NCBI GenBank assembly: GCA_026391945.1
Contig: JAPLDA010000071.1
Span: forward strand, 1,247 to 65,246
Reading direction: 5' to 3'
From: Bacteroidota bacterium
Lineage (GTDB): Bacteria > Bacteroidota > Bacteroidia > AKYH767-A > 2013-40CM-41-45
DNA: 64,000 bases
Both the position numbers and the translations under genes were made by a program. A model generated the notes under the pieces. The model did not search any database. It saw only the letters and a list, made by a program, of their open reading frames with translations, and was not told the origin of the DNA. Shown piece after piece: positions 1-10,201 of this stretch (its first letter is position 1; the number at the start of each line of letters is the position of its first letter).

Positions 1-3000
1 GAGGACAAATATGATACACTTACAGCAAGAAACATTATTTACAACTCCAAGTGGTTTGAATTTTTGTTCCTGCTGCTGGCATTGAACTTTATCGGGCATA
101 TCAAAACATTCAACATGCTCCGAAAAGAAAAACTGAGCGGTTTAATCTTTCACCTTGCATTTGTAGTGATGATATTCGGTGCAGGCATCACACGTTACTT
201 TGGTTATGAAGGAACCATGCACATCAGGGAAGGCGAAGCTTCTAATATCCTGTATAGTTCCGATCCTTATCTCAGAATTTCACTGGGTGAAAAAAATGGA
301 GATTACAATAAAGATTTTTCCGTAAACTTTGGTCCATACTCCGGTCACACATTTTATGTGGAATTGCCGACTCCGGAAAAAGAAAAAATCGAAATCAATT
401 GCAAAGAGTACATCAGCAATGCAGTCGAAAAAATTGAAGACAATGCTCCCGGAGGAGTGGATTTACTGGAATTGGTTGTTGCCACTGAAAATGGCCGGAA
501 GAAAATGTTTATTGAAAAAGGGCAAGCTGTGAATATTGGAAAAGCGACCATTGCTTTTAACAATGAAAAAGTAAATGATGCCGTTAAGGTTTATGAAAAA
601 GACGGAATGTTACAGGTGATTGCTCCGTTTGAAATGACGCAGGCAAACATGGTGGAAAAAACTAGTGTCACTTTTCAAAAAGACACTCTGGTGGAATTCA
701 AGAATAAACATCTGTACACGGTGAATGAAGCTGCGTTTTTTTTCACTGGTTTTCATAAAAGTGCTGTACAGAAACTGGTTAGTTCCCCCGGCGAAGAAAC
801 AGGATTCGACGCCTTGTTGTTCGACATTACCATCAACAACAAAAAACACGAAGCTCCTCTCCTGTTTGCTCCCGGACAGGTAGCCGAATACAGTGATTTT
901 ACTTTTGAAAAAGTGCCGTTAAAAATTGCCTTTGGTAAAAAACCAATCGAACTGCCTTTCTCAATTTATCTGAAAGATTTTATTTTAGAAAGGTACGCCG
1001 GTTCTGAAAGTCCGTCATCTTATGCCAGCGAGGTTACGGTCATGGACAATAGGAATAGCCTGAAATTGGATCATCGCATTTTCATGAACAACGTATTGGA
1101 TTACGACAACTACCGGTTTTTTCAGTCATCCTATGACCAGGATGAAAAGGGAACCATTCTCTCTGTGAATCATGATTTCTGGGGAACCTGGATTTCCTAC
1201 GTTGGTTATATCCTGCTGGCATTAGGTTTCATCACCACCTTATTCAACAGCCGCTCCCGTTTCCATTTGTTGCGGCATAACATCGGGGCGATCAGGAAAA
1301 ACAGGAAGTCCATCGCAACCACTATCCTCCTGATTACCGGGTTGAGTACGGCAGCCTTTTCGCAGAACACGATTAACCCGGCTGTAGACGCCAATCATGC
1401 AGATAAATTCGGCCATTTAATCACGCAGTCGATTGATGGAAGATTTGAACCCGTGCATTCCCTGGCCTATGACGTGATGCATAAAATTTCCAGGAAAGAC
1501 AAATTCAATATCGATGGAAAAGGCGAGATGGATGCCATCCAGGTTTTCATGGATATCATCATCAACCCTGCGTTTTGGAAACAACAGCAACTCGTGTACA
1601 TCAAAGAAAAATCAGTTCGGGATATCATTGGAATTACCACCAAGGCTGCTTCGTTTGCAGATTTTTTTGACAAAGAGTCCAGGTATAAATTACAAAGCTA
1701 TTCTGAGTCGGCATTCAGAAAAAAACCTGTTGAACGAAATAATTTTGATAAGGAAATCATAAAAGTAGATGAAAGGGTGAATGTTTTCATGATGGCATTC
1801 CAGGCTAGTATTCTTAAAATATTTCCGGAGCAGGATTCGCCCAACAACAAATGGATTGGCTGGGAAGACAAAACATCTACCATACCGTTGAAAGGAGTCA
1901 TCAATATCATCAACCAGGACTTACAACTGCCTGTGTTAAATTACAGGAACCTCATGCAGGTTTATTTTGCAGAAGTTGCCAGGAGTGTAAAATCCGGTGA
2001 CTATACAAGAGCTGATAAAATACTGGGTTACATTGCAAACATTCAGCGCCAGGGTGAAGGGGCCAAACTGCTTCCTTCTGAAAAGAAAATCAATGCAGAA
2101 ATTTTTTACAACAAAGCCCAGATCTTCATCGTGCTCAGGAATTGCTATTCGATCTTAAGCCTGGTGCTTTTGCTGCTCGCATTTATTGATAATGTAAAAT
2201 CAAAAAAGAGCAAGATCATCACCTGGTTGCTGAATATCAGCATTGCTTTTTTAGGCGTTGCATTTCTTTACCAGACTTTTGGAATGGCATTAAGGTCTTA
2301 CCTGCTTGGTTATGCACCGTGGAGCAACGGCTATGAAGCGTTGTTATTAGTGGCCTGGGGAACCCTTCTGGCCGGTTTCAGCTTTGTACGGTACTCAAAA
2401 ATCACGTTAGCCGCGACTACCTTGCTTGCCTTTTTTATTTTGATGACGGCCAGCCACAGCAGCTATGATCCGCAACTTACCAATTTAACTCCTGTCTTAA
2501 AATCCTATTGGCTGATCATTCACGTAGCTGTATTGACCATCAGTTACGGTTTCCTGGGATTGGGTTTTGTTCTCGGTATTATGAATTTATTCATCTATGT
2601 ATTCAAAACAAAAGAAAACCACAAGCGTCTTGATTTATTGATTCTCGAACTCACCTTCATCAATGAAATGAATCTGACCATCGGAATTGTGTTGGCAACG
2701 GTAGGAACATTCCTTGGCGGTGTATGGGCCAATGAATCCTGGGGAAGATATTGGGGCTGGGATGCGAAAGAAACTTGGGCACTCGTCATTGTTATCACCT
2801 ATACTCTGCTTCTCCACCTGAGACTCATACCAAAACTCAACGGGAAATATCTTTTTAATGTTGCATCCGTCATTAGTTTCGGCAGCGTTCTCATGACATT
2901 TTTCGGCGTCAATTATTTTTTGTCAAAGGGAATGCACAGTTACGGAGCAGGCGATCATGCCATTTTCCCGCTGTGGGCGTGGATTGCTATTTTCTCCCTC

Positions 3001-3072
3001 ATCCTGCTGATGATCGCGGCGAAAATAAAAGAGAACATCATCCGGAAACACCTGGATTCAGAAACAGAATAA
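1..3072 (+). CDS. ccsA: System II cytochrome c biogenesis protein, fused CcsB/ResB-CcsA (NrfI-like); 5' end lies outside the window
   Basis: Frame is open from base 1 (EDKYDTLTARNIIYNSKWFE...). WWD motif WANESWGRYWGWDAKETW, conserved His in FHLAF, WLIIHV and GMHSY, ResB-like YRFFQSSYD. Confidence 0.92.
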   Translation, partial: EDKYDTLTARNIIYNSKWFEFLFLLLALNFIGHIKTFNMLRKEKLSGLIFHLAFVVMIFGAGITRYFGYEGTMHIREGEASNILYSSDPYLRISLGEKNGDYNKDFSVNFGPYSGHTFYVELPTPEKEKIEINCKEYISNAVEKIEDNAPGGVDLLELVVATENGRKKMFIEKGQAVNIGKATIAFNNEKVNDAVKVYEKDGMLQVIAPFEMTQANMVEKTSVTFQKDTLVEFKNKHLYTVNEAAFFFTGFHKSAVQKLVSSPGEETGFDALLFDITINNKKHEAPLLFAPGQVAEYSDFTFEKVPLKIAFGKKPIELPFSIYLKDFILERYAGSESPSSYASEVTVMDNRNSLKLDHRIFMNNVLDYDNYRFFQSSYDQDEKGTILSVNHDFWGTWISYVGYILLALGFITTLFNSRSRFHLLRHNIGAIRKNRKSIATTILLITGLSTAAFSQNTINPAVDANHADKFGHLITQSIDGRFEPVHSLAYDVMHKISRKDKFNIDGKGEMDAIQVFMDIIINPAFWKQQQLVYIKEKSVRDIIGITTKAASFADFFDKESRYKLQSYSESAFRKKPVERNNFDKEIIKVDERVNVFMMAFQASILKIFPEQDSPNNKWIGWEDKTSTIPLKGVINIINQDLQLPVLNYRNLMQVYFAEVARSVKSGDYTRADKILGYIANIQRQGEGAKLLPSEKKINAEIFYNKAQIFIVLRNCYSILSLVLLLLAFIDNVKSKKSKIITWLLNISIAFLGVAFLYQTFGMALRSYLLGYAPWSNGYEALLLVAWGTLLAGFSFVRYSKITLAATTLLAFFILMTASHSSYDPQLTNLTPVLKSYWLIIHVAVLTISYGFLGLGFVLGIMNLFIYVFKTKENHKRLDLLILELTFINEMNLTIGIVLATVGTFLGGVWANESWGRYWGWDAKETWALVIVITYTLLLHLRLIPKLNGKYLFNVASVISFGSVLMTFFGVNYFLSKGMHSYGAGDHAIFPLWAWIAIFSLILLMIAAKIKENIIRKHLDSETE

Positions 3073-3108
3073 CTCATCATGATTATTAAAATAAAAAAAA
3101 CAACCTCC

Positions 3109-4149
3109 ATGAAAAATATATTTTTTATAGCCGCCGTTTTATCCATTCTGGCAGCATGTCAATCAGACAAAAGTTCTGAACAGGCCAATGCCGCTGCAGG
3201 CATTCATACTGCAGTTGTTGAAGAAGTATTGCAAACAAGCCAGTACACGTACCTACATGTGAAAGAAGGAGACCGCGAACCATGGCTTGCCTTGCCGAAA
3301 ATGCAGGCAACGGTTGGTGAAAAATACTATTACCGCGATGGATTGCTCATGACTGATTTCAACAGCAAAGAGTTAAACCGAACTTTTCCGGAGATCCTGT
3401 TTCTTGATAACATCAGCAACAACCCGAACATTGCAGCAACCAATGCGACTCCGGCTGCTCCGGGTTCAGTAAGCAATGTGCCAGGAACGGCTATGGAAAC
3501 CGGTACAGGCCAAAATGCAGCCGCAGCACATGTTGTTGTTGCGGAAGAAGTACTGCAAACCAACCAGTACACTTACATCCGCGCGAAAGAAGGAACCAAT
3601 GAAGTCTGGCTCGCTGTTGCCAAAATGGAAGCCGCTGCCGGCACCACCTATTATTTTACCGGGGGATTGCCCATGAATGATTTTGTAAGCAAGGAATTAA
3701 AAAGAACTTTTAAGGAAATATTATTTGTGGATAATATTTCCACGCAACCATCAGCAGCAGAAAATAAGGCTGCTGACAATACACAAAGCAGCCAAGCCGT
3801 TTCAACCGGTTCATCGATCCCTCTCGAAAAAAAAGAAGTAAAGCTGAAGCATGCAAAAGAAGATATCACCATTGCATCCCTGTTTGAGAACAAAAAATCC
3901 TACTCAGGTAAAAAGATAAAAATAAAAGGACAGGTAACCAAGTTCAATTCGGGCATCATGAAAAAGAACTGGATTCATATCCAGGATGGCACTGATTTTT
4001 CCGGGAAATTTGATCTCACCATCACCACCGACCAGGAAGTGAAAACAGGCGACAACATTACAGCAGAAGGTGTGATCAGTTTAGATAAGGATTTCGGATT
4101 TAATTATTTCTATGAGGTACTCATGGAAGATGCGAAAATCACAAAATAA
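3109..4149 (+). CDS. NrfJ-like lipoprotein: two HxxVxEVLQTxxYTY repeats plus a C-terminal OB-fold-like domain
   Basis: Lipobox LAAC after ATG 3109 (alternative start 3079). Two about 70 aa repeats, then a GxVTK...KNWIHIQDGT domain. Confidence 0.7.
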   Translation: MKNIFFIAAVLSILAACQSDKSSEQANAAAGIHTAVVEEVLQTSQYTYLHVKEGDREPWLALPKMQATVGEKYYYRDGLLMTDFNSKELNRTFPEILFLDNISNNPNIAATNATPAAPGSVSNVPGTAMETGTGQNAAAAHVVVAEEVLQTNQYTYIRAKEGTNEVWLAVAKMEAAAGTTYYFTGGLPMNDFVSKELKRTFKEILFVDNISTQPSAAENKAADNTQSSQAVSTGSSIPLEKKEVKLKHAKEDITIASLFENKKSYSGKKIKIKGQVTKFNSGIMKKNWIHIQDGTDFSGKFDLTITTDQEVKTGDNITAEGVISLDKDFGFNYFYEVLMEDAKITK

Positions 4150-4168
4150 TTTTGTAAAAATCACTCTC

Positions 4169-4744
4169 ATGTTACGAAATTTCACCTTAAGCGTTTTAAC
4201 TGCCATTTGTTTTTCATTTTACTCCTGCCATTCAGGACAGGAAGGAAATAAGGATACCTCTTCCAACGGTAAACAACCTGATAACGAATTTTCAGTACTG
4301 GAAAAAAAACTGGAACAGGATTCATCCAACATGGAACTCAGGACCATGCTTGCTTCGAGATATTATACTGCCGGAGAATTAAGTAAGGCCGCATTTCATT
4401 ACATTAAAATATATGAAAGCGATCATAAAAATTTTGTCGCCTTATTCAATTTGGGCAACATTTATTACGACAGCCAGCAGGATGACAAGGCGATTGAGTT
4501 TTATGAAAAAGCACTTGAGATTGACAGTACGAATATTAACATCAGGTGCGATCTCGCCACCTGTTACTCCAATATCAACAAGCTGAAAAAAGCCATCCAG
4601 GTGCTGAGAGGAAATATCAAAATGGATGCGCGTCATGCAAAATCACATCACAATTTAGCCGTCATCCTGAAGAAAAACGGTGATCTGAAAGAAGCTGATG
4701 AAGAAATGAAAATATATGAATCAATCAATTCCGGTACCAAATAA
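4169..4744 (+). CDS. Tetratricopeptide-repeat lipoprotein
   Basis: Signal peptide ending FYSC; TPR consensus ALFNLGNIYY...AIEFYEKALEID and SHHNLAVIL. Confidence 0.85.
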   Translation: MLRNFTLSVLTAICFSFYSCHSGQEGNKDTSSNGKQPDNEFSVLEKKLEQDSSNMELRTMLASRYYTAGELSKAAFHYIKIYESDHKNFVALFNLGNIYYDSQQDDKAIEFYEKALEIDSTNINIRCDLATCYSNINKLKKAIQVLRGNIKMDARHAKSHHNLAVILKKNGDLKEADEEMKIYESINSGTK

Positions 4745-4773
4745 TTCCGGCCACCTGTTCTAAATCATATCCA

Positions 4774-5778
4774 ATGAAAGCATTGTCCTTTTTGATTTTC
4801 GTTTTTCTATTTTGTTTCCATTCAACCGTTTATTCGCAGACACCAGCGACACCTAAATTGTATGCTCACAAAGTAGTGGTTGATTCAATCATCCAAACCA
4901 AAGCGTACACGTATTTGAAAGTCGTTGAAAAAATCCATGAAAAAGATTCATCGCAATGGATGGCTTTGCCATTGATTGAAGCAAAGACCCGTGATGTCTA
5001 TTATTATGACAGCGGTTTGCAGATGGGAGAATTTTACAGTAAAGAATTGAACAGGAAGTTCGACCAGATTTTATTTCTTAGTTTCCTCAGTACAAGCGCG
5101 GAAGTCTCTGAAAAAAATATCATACCGGCTCCTGTTTTAGACACTGTTCCCCTCAATGCCGCTCCTGCCGTGGTTCATACGGTTGTGGTAAAGGAAGTCA
5201 TTCAAACCAGCGGCTATTCTTATCTCCGGGTGAAAGAAGGTGAAAAAGAAGACTGGATTGCCATTGTAAAAATTCCGGCTGCAGTCGGACAAACTTATAC
5301 CTATGATGATGCAGCAGCCATGAATAATTTTACAAGCAAGGAATTAAAAAGAACATTTGAAACCATTTTATTTGTTGCCAAACTAACTCCTAAAATGAAT
5401 GCCGGTGAAAACGGATCAACTTCACCGAAAAAAAATAAAGGCGAAGGAAAAACAAAAAAAAATAAATCTGGAAAAATCGAGCCCGCCGCCGGGGGAATCA
5501 CCATTGCAGAGTTGTAAAAAAAAAAACAATCCTACTCCGGTAAGACAGTTGTTGTAAGAGGAGAGGTCACCAAATACAGTTCGAATATTTTAGATAAAAA
5601 CTGGATACACATTGAGGATGGTACGGGCTTTTCCGGAAAATCGGATTTGACCATTACCATTGACCGTGAAGTAAAAGTAGGTGATGTCGTAACTGTTGAA
5701 GGAAAGATTTCCCTGGATAAAGATTTTGGTTCAGGTTACTTTTTTGAAGTACTTATGGAAGATGCAAAAATTCAATAA
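4774..5778 (+). pseudogene. Second NrfJ-like paralog interrupted by an in-frame TAA at 5515-5517 (nonsense mutation or base-call error)
   Basis: The same frame continues past the TAA as KKKQSYSGKTVVVRGEVTKYSSNILDKNWIHIEDGT...EVLMEDAKIQ*, aligning without gaps to the C-terminus of 3109-4149. Confidence 0.85.
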
Positions 5779-5927
5779 CATAAAAAATTGCAGCATTCAG
5801 TTTACAGGAATTCTTTTTCAAATCCTGATTCGTGGCAGGCGGCCATTGATACTGTTGACTTCCGGCTGCCAGGCACATCATCCACTCCATGAATCATTTT
5901 ACCAAACGTTAACTTTATTTTTTTCGC

Positions 5928-6668
5928 ATGATTAAAAATAAACGCATAACCGTAGTACTCCCTGCGTACAATGCCGCTCAAACGCTGAGAAAAACATACA
6001 GTGAAATTCCGTTTGACATCGTAGACGATGTGATCCTCGTAGATGATTGCAGTACAGATGAAACCTCCAAGGTGGCCAGGAAAATCGGCATTCAGCACAT
6101 CATCCGACATAATTACAACCGGGGTTACGGCGGCAATCAAAAATCATGTTATGATGAAGCGTTGAAAACAGGAGCCGACATCATCATCATGCTTCACCCG
6201 GATTACCAGTACACGCCTCAACTCATTCCATCCATGGCCTGGCTGATTGCCAACGACATCTACCCGGTGGTATTCGGCAGCCGCATTCTTGGCAAAGGTG
6301 CATTGAAAGGCGGGATGCCATTTTACAAATACATCGCAAATCGTTTTCTGACCCTCACGCAAAACATTTTAACCGGGCAGAAGTTGTCGGAGTATCATAC
6401 CGGCTACCGAGCGTATTCAAGAGAAGTGCTGGAGAAAATAAAATACCATGCGAATTCAGAAGATTTTATTTTTGACAACCAAACCATCTCCCAGATTTTT
6501 GATGCCGGTTTTGAAATTGCAGAAATTACCTGTCCGACAAAATATTTTAAAGAAGCTTCTTCCATCAATTTCAAAAGAAGCACCGTGTATGGGTTGGGCG
6601 TTTTGAAAGTTTCGTTCCAGCATTTCTTTAAACGAACCGGCCTTTATAAGTCATCGATCTACCGCTGA
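5928..6668 (+). CDS. GT2 glycosyltransferase (polyprenol-phosphate sugar synthase-like)
   Basis: VVLPAYN, LVDDCSTD, NRGYGGN, HPDYQY, GSR motifs. Confidence 0.9.
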   Translation: MIKNKRITVVLPAYNAAQTLRKTYSEIPFDIVDDVILVDDCSTDETSKVARKIGIQHIIRHNYNRGYGGNQKSCYDEALKTGADIIIMLHPDYQYTPQLIPSMAWLIANDIYPVVFGSRILGKGALKGGMPFYKYIANRFLTLTQNILTGQKLSEYHTGYRAYSREVLEKIKYHANSEDFIFDNQTISQIFDAGFEIAEITCPTKYFKEASSINFKRSTVYGLGVLKVSFQHFFKRTGLYKSSIYR

Positions 6669-6706
6669 AACGAAAGCAGGGCAACCATTTCAATCACTAT
6701 TTTCAG

Positions 6707-6714
6707 TATCTTTG
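6707..6714 (+). promoter_or_regulatory. Bacteroidota -7 promoter element for ssrA
   Basis: TATCTTTG matches TAnnTTTG, 16 nt upstream of the tmRNA 5' end. Confidence 0.7.
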
Positions 6715-6730
6715 CCAAGCAAAAACCAAC

Positions 6731-7094
6731 GGGGCTGACAGGAATTGACAGCAGGTGAAATTGGTAAATAAGCATGCCGGGCGTTGTAAGGATAGCCTGT
6801 TCAACTCAACTTTCAACTGCCTAAATGGCAACACTAATTACGCGTTAGCCGCTTAATCGAACGATTAACCTGCTGACTACTTCAGGGAGGCCTGCTCACC
6901 CGTTTCCCTTTTAGAAGTATCGAATGGTGAGTGAGGTGGTGTATCGTTCCGGTGCATCATCGAACACAAACGGAACTACGTGATACGGTAGCGCGTGTTT
7001 AGCAGCCGTAAAACCGACAACGAATGAACACTAAGCATGTAGAAAGTTTATTGATTGCTTGTCTGGACCGGGGTTCAAATCCCCGCAGCTCCAC
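6731..7094 (+). ncRNA. ssrA: tmRNA, tag peptide (A)GNTNYALAA*
   Basis: 5' GGGGCTGACAGGAATTGAC; 3' T-arm and acceptor GGGGTTCAAATCCCCGCAGCTCCA; tag frame at 6827-6856. A complete 3' CCA is not encoded. Confidence 0.96.
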
Positions 7095-7100
7095 AATTTT

Positions 7101-7146
7101 ATTTAGGATTTAGGATTTAGGATTTAGGATTTAGGATTTAGGATTT
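7101..7146. repeat. Perfect heptamer tandem repeat (ATTTAGG)x6
   Basis: Read directly; followed by a short hairpin and T run at 7161-7180. Confidence 0.97.
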
Positions 7147-7486
7147 TTCGAAATTGAATTACGAAGGTTTCGTTTTTTTTATTTGACGACTACCAATTTA
7201 CCGGTTTTTGAAAAAGTATTGCCTGAGATTTTCAGCAAATAAATTCCATCGTCCACTACTCCATTTTCATTTATGTTACATTTAATTCGGTCATATCATT
7301 AATTCTCACAAATGAAAGATCGGACCGAAATCAAAAATTATCTTATCTTTGATTGAGGATTTGACAGGAGAGTCTTTTCACCCCAGCCAATAGTTTCATG
7401 TTCTCTACTTCATCCAAAACAATCATCACGGATTCTGACTAAAGCTACATCAAGCCACCTTATCAATCAACAGCCCGAAACCTGCC

Positions 7487-7990
7487 ATGACAGACCCAGG
7501 AATGCAACACATAACGTACCTGAAATCACCCATCGGTAATTTAAAAATTTGCGGAAATGGAAATGGAATTTCATCCGTTGATTTTACCGATCAGTTTGAA
7601 GAAACGACTTCCACTGAAGACCTTCTTCTAGACTGTGCTTTTCAGCTCGATCAGTATTTTAAAGGCAAGCAAAAAGATTTTTCTGTTCCTCTTGATTTAA
7701 AGGGAACCGTATTTCAAAAGAAAATCTGGAGTGAGTTGCAGAAAATTCCGTTTGGCAAAACCATCAGCTACCTGGAACTGGCCATGCGCCATGGCGATGT
7801 AAAAGCCATCCGTGCAGTAGGACTTGCCAATGCGAAAAACCCTGTGGCCATCCTTGTTCCCTGTCACCGTGTGATTGGTGTGGGAGGAGATTTGACTGGT
7901 TATGCAGGAGGATTGCAGCGTAAAAAATGGCTGCTCGAACTGGAAGGTTCCCTGCATCCCGATCTTTTTTCTGCGAGAACGGCGTTGTGA
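7487..7990 (+). CDS. ogt: Methylated-DNA--protein-cysteine methyltransferase
   Basis: Active site VPCHRV; GTVFQ, IPFGKTISY, RAVG, GYAGG. Upstream TATCTTTG at 7345-7352. Confidence 0.95.
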   Translation: MTDPGMQHITYLKSPIGNLKICGNGNGISSVDFTDQFEETTSTEDLLLDCAFQLDQYFKGKQKDFSVPLDLKGTVFQKKIWSELQKIPFGKTISYLELAMRHGDVKAIRAVGLANAKNPVAILVPCHRVIGVGGDLTGYAGGLQRKKWLLELEGSLHPDLFSARTAL

Positions 7991-8004
7991 TTCAGCCAGG
8001 TTCC

Positions 8005-9250
8005 CTACCTCGAAAGAAGATACTCTTTAAAAAGAGAAAAATCTGTTGACATCCTGATCGATTTTTTTTCTTTGTGAATGATACTTTCCAGTTGACGAGG
8101 AAGATCCACTTTGAGATCAAGAATATTTTCCACTACTTCGGCAAACTTAGCCGGATGAGCTGTCTCGAGAAATATTCCTCTCGTGTTCGGATTTTTTTCC
8201 TGGTACGCTTTCAATCCGAGAAAACCAACTGCTCCATGCGGATCAGCGAGGTAATTGTATTTCTGAAAAATTTCTTTCATCGCCTGCCCGGTTTTTTCAT
8301 CGTCAAATGAAAAACCAGTAATGTCGTTTTTCATGGCAGGCAATGAGCCATCGTACAATTCAAGCATCCGCCAGAAATTGCTTGGGTTACCGACATCCAT
8401 GGCATTGGAAATAGTCTGACGCGAGGCCTGCGGTTCGAAATTACCACTCGATAAATAATTCGGAAAAATGTCGTTGATGTTGGTCGAAGCAATGAAGTGA
8501 TGAACTGGCAATCCCATTTTCTTTGCCATCAATCCTGCAGTAAGGTTTCCAAAATTTCCGCTGGGAACTGAAAACACAATGGGTTCGGTGTGATCATTCA
8601 CTTTTCCGAATGCATACACATAATAAAAACTCTGCGGAATTAAACGCGCAATGTTGATGCTGTTGGCTGAAGTGAGTTTGTATGTTGACGTGAGTTCCGA
8701 ATCAAGAAATGCCGCTTTCACCAATCGCTGGCAATCGTCAAACGTACCTTCAATTTCAAGAGCCGTAATATTCTGTCCCGATGATGACTTCTATTCCTTC
8801 GACACCCAGGAACCCGCTGGCCACAGCACTTCCGGTATCTCCGGAAGTAGCAACCAGTATGCTCAGTTTCCTGTTTTCATTTCGTACGAGGTACGACATC
8901 AGCCTCGCCATAAACCTGGCTCCGAAATCTTTAAAGGCAAGCGTCGGCCCGTGAAAAAGTTCAAGAGTGAATATTTTATCGTCAAGTTTCCTCAGCGGCG
9001 CATCGAACGTAATTGATTTTTCCACGATCTCGTCAATGATCATCGCCGGTAAATCATCCGTAAAAAAATTCCGACTGATCTCAAGTGCAATGTCTCCCAG
9101 TGAAAAATTTTCAAGACCATTCAGAAAATCCTGTGACAAAGACGGAATATACTCCGGCACGAATAAACCATTATCATCCGGAAGGCCTTTCAATACAGCA
9201 TCCTGAAGGGAATAAAAAACCGATTTGTTTTTGGTGGAATAATAACGCAT
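8005..9250 (-). pseudogene. thrC: Threonine synthase, split by an internal deletion and frameshift at 8779/8780
   Basis: The 5' half carries HGPTLAFKDF and ATSGDTG. A second frame resumes at GQNITALEIEGTFDDCQ and carries ANSIN, VPSGNFGN and ETAHPAKF. The expected LYP.GKVS..QE.Q.TTL segment is missing. Confidence 0.9.
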
Positions 9251-9263
9251 AGAAATTTTAGTA

Positions 9264-10193
9264 TCAAATTATCCGCACACCGTTTTTATTTACAGAAGAA
9301 ATATAGACTTCCGACTGAATGCCATTTTTCGTAAACACTTTTTTCATCGCCTTGCTGATATTACCGGAAGCATTTTTTCCGTTGCATAAAGCAAAGATGG
9401 ACGGACCGGAACCGGAAATACTGCAGGCAATAGCTCCGCTTTCCAATGCCGCATTTTTTACTTCATGGAAATGCGGAATCAAAGCCGCACGAGCCGGCTC
9501 AGCGACATGATCTTCTACCGATCGCCCGATTAAATCCATGTCGTTCGAAAATAATCCTGCAGTGAACGCAGCGGTGTTTCCCCATTGCCGGACAGCCGTA
9601 TTCAATGGAATATTTTTTTTCAGTACAGCCCGTGCATCTTTAGTAAGGACTTCCACATGAGGATGCACAACAACCAAATACAATTTTGCCGGGACTGGCA
9701 GCTGAATGATATCGAGAGGTTCGTACGAACGGATTAAAATAATTCCACCGAGCAGGCATGGCGCTACGTTATCAGCGTGTGCGGAACCGGAAGCAACCTT
9801 CTCCCCTGCCATCGCAAATGGCACGAGTTCCTTTTTCGAAAAAGGTTTTCCAAGTAAAACGTTCGCAGCAAAAACACCGGCGACTGAACTTGCAGCGCTT
9901 GAACCCAAACCACTGCCCAACGGCATTTTCTTTTTCAGCACGACATCAAATCCCTGGCTCATCTTCATCTCATCAAGCATGGACTGGATCGCAACCGTAA
10001 CTGTATTTTTTTTTGCATTATAGCTCAACTTTCCTCCATCGCCCGTAATTTTTTTGATGATGAGCTTTTTATCCTTGTTGAAAGAAAGCATCAACTCATC
10101 ACCCGGCACATCAATAGCCAGTCCCATGACGTCGAAACCACAGCCAAGATTGGCCACCGTGGCAGGCGCGAAAACTTTAACCGATTTCATCAT
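9264..10193 (-). CDS. thrB: Homoserine kinase
   Basis: APATVANLGCGFD, PLGSGLGSSAAS, HADNVAP, ISGSGPS. Confidence 0.96.
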   Translation of the reverse strand: MMKSVKVFAPATVANLGCGFDVMGLAIDVPGDELMLSFNKDKKLIIKKITGDGGKLSYNAKKNTVTVAIQSMLDEMKMSQGFDVVLKKKMPLGSGLGSSAASSVAGVFAANVLLGKPFSKKELVPFAMAGEKVASGSAHADNVAPCLLGGIILIRSYEPLDIIQLPVPAKLYLVVVHPHVEVLTKDARAVLKKNIPLNTAVRQWGNTAAFTAGLFSNDMDLIGRSVEDHVAEPARAALIPHFHEVKNAALESGAIACSISGSGPSIFALCNGKNASGNISKAMKKVFTKNGIQSEVYISSVNKNGVRII

Positions 10194-10201
10194 CCCGGTT
10201 C

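Noticed and set aside
5516-5526. A11 tract as a phase-variation switch
   Set aside because: The TAA is formed by the T and the first two As, so changing tract length cannot remove the stop, and the downstream part is already in frame.
5696-5935. 79 aa ORF from the track
   Set aside because: Out-of-frame overlap with the real C-terminal domain ending at 5778.
7101-7146. Telomere-like repeat as eukaryotic contamination
   Set aside because: Only six units, embedded in continuous bacterial sequence that has other heptamer tracts.
7398-7442. 14-codon upstream ORF (MFSTSSKTIITDSD) before ogt
   Set aside because: No attenuator structure or telling codon bias; expected by chance.
7095-7490. Element integrated at the ssrA 3' end
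   Set aside because: No integrase and no duplicated tmRNA 3' end seen in the window; the site looks empty.
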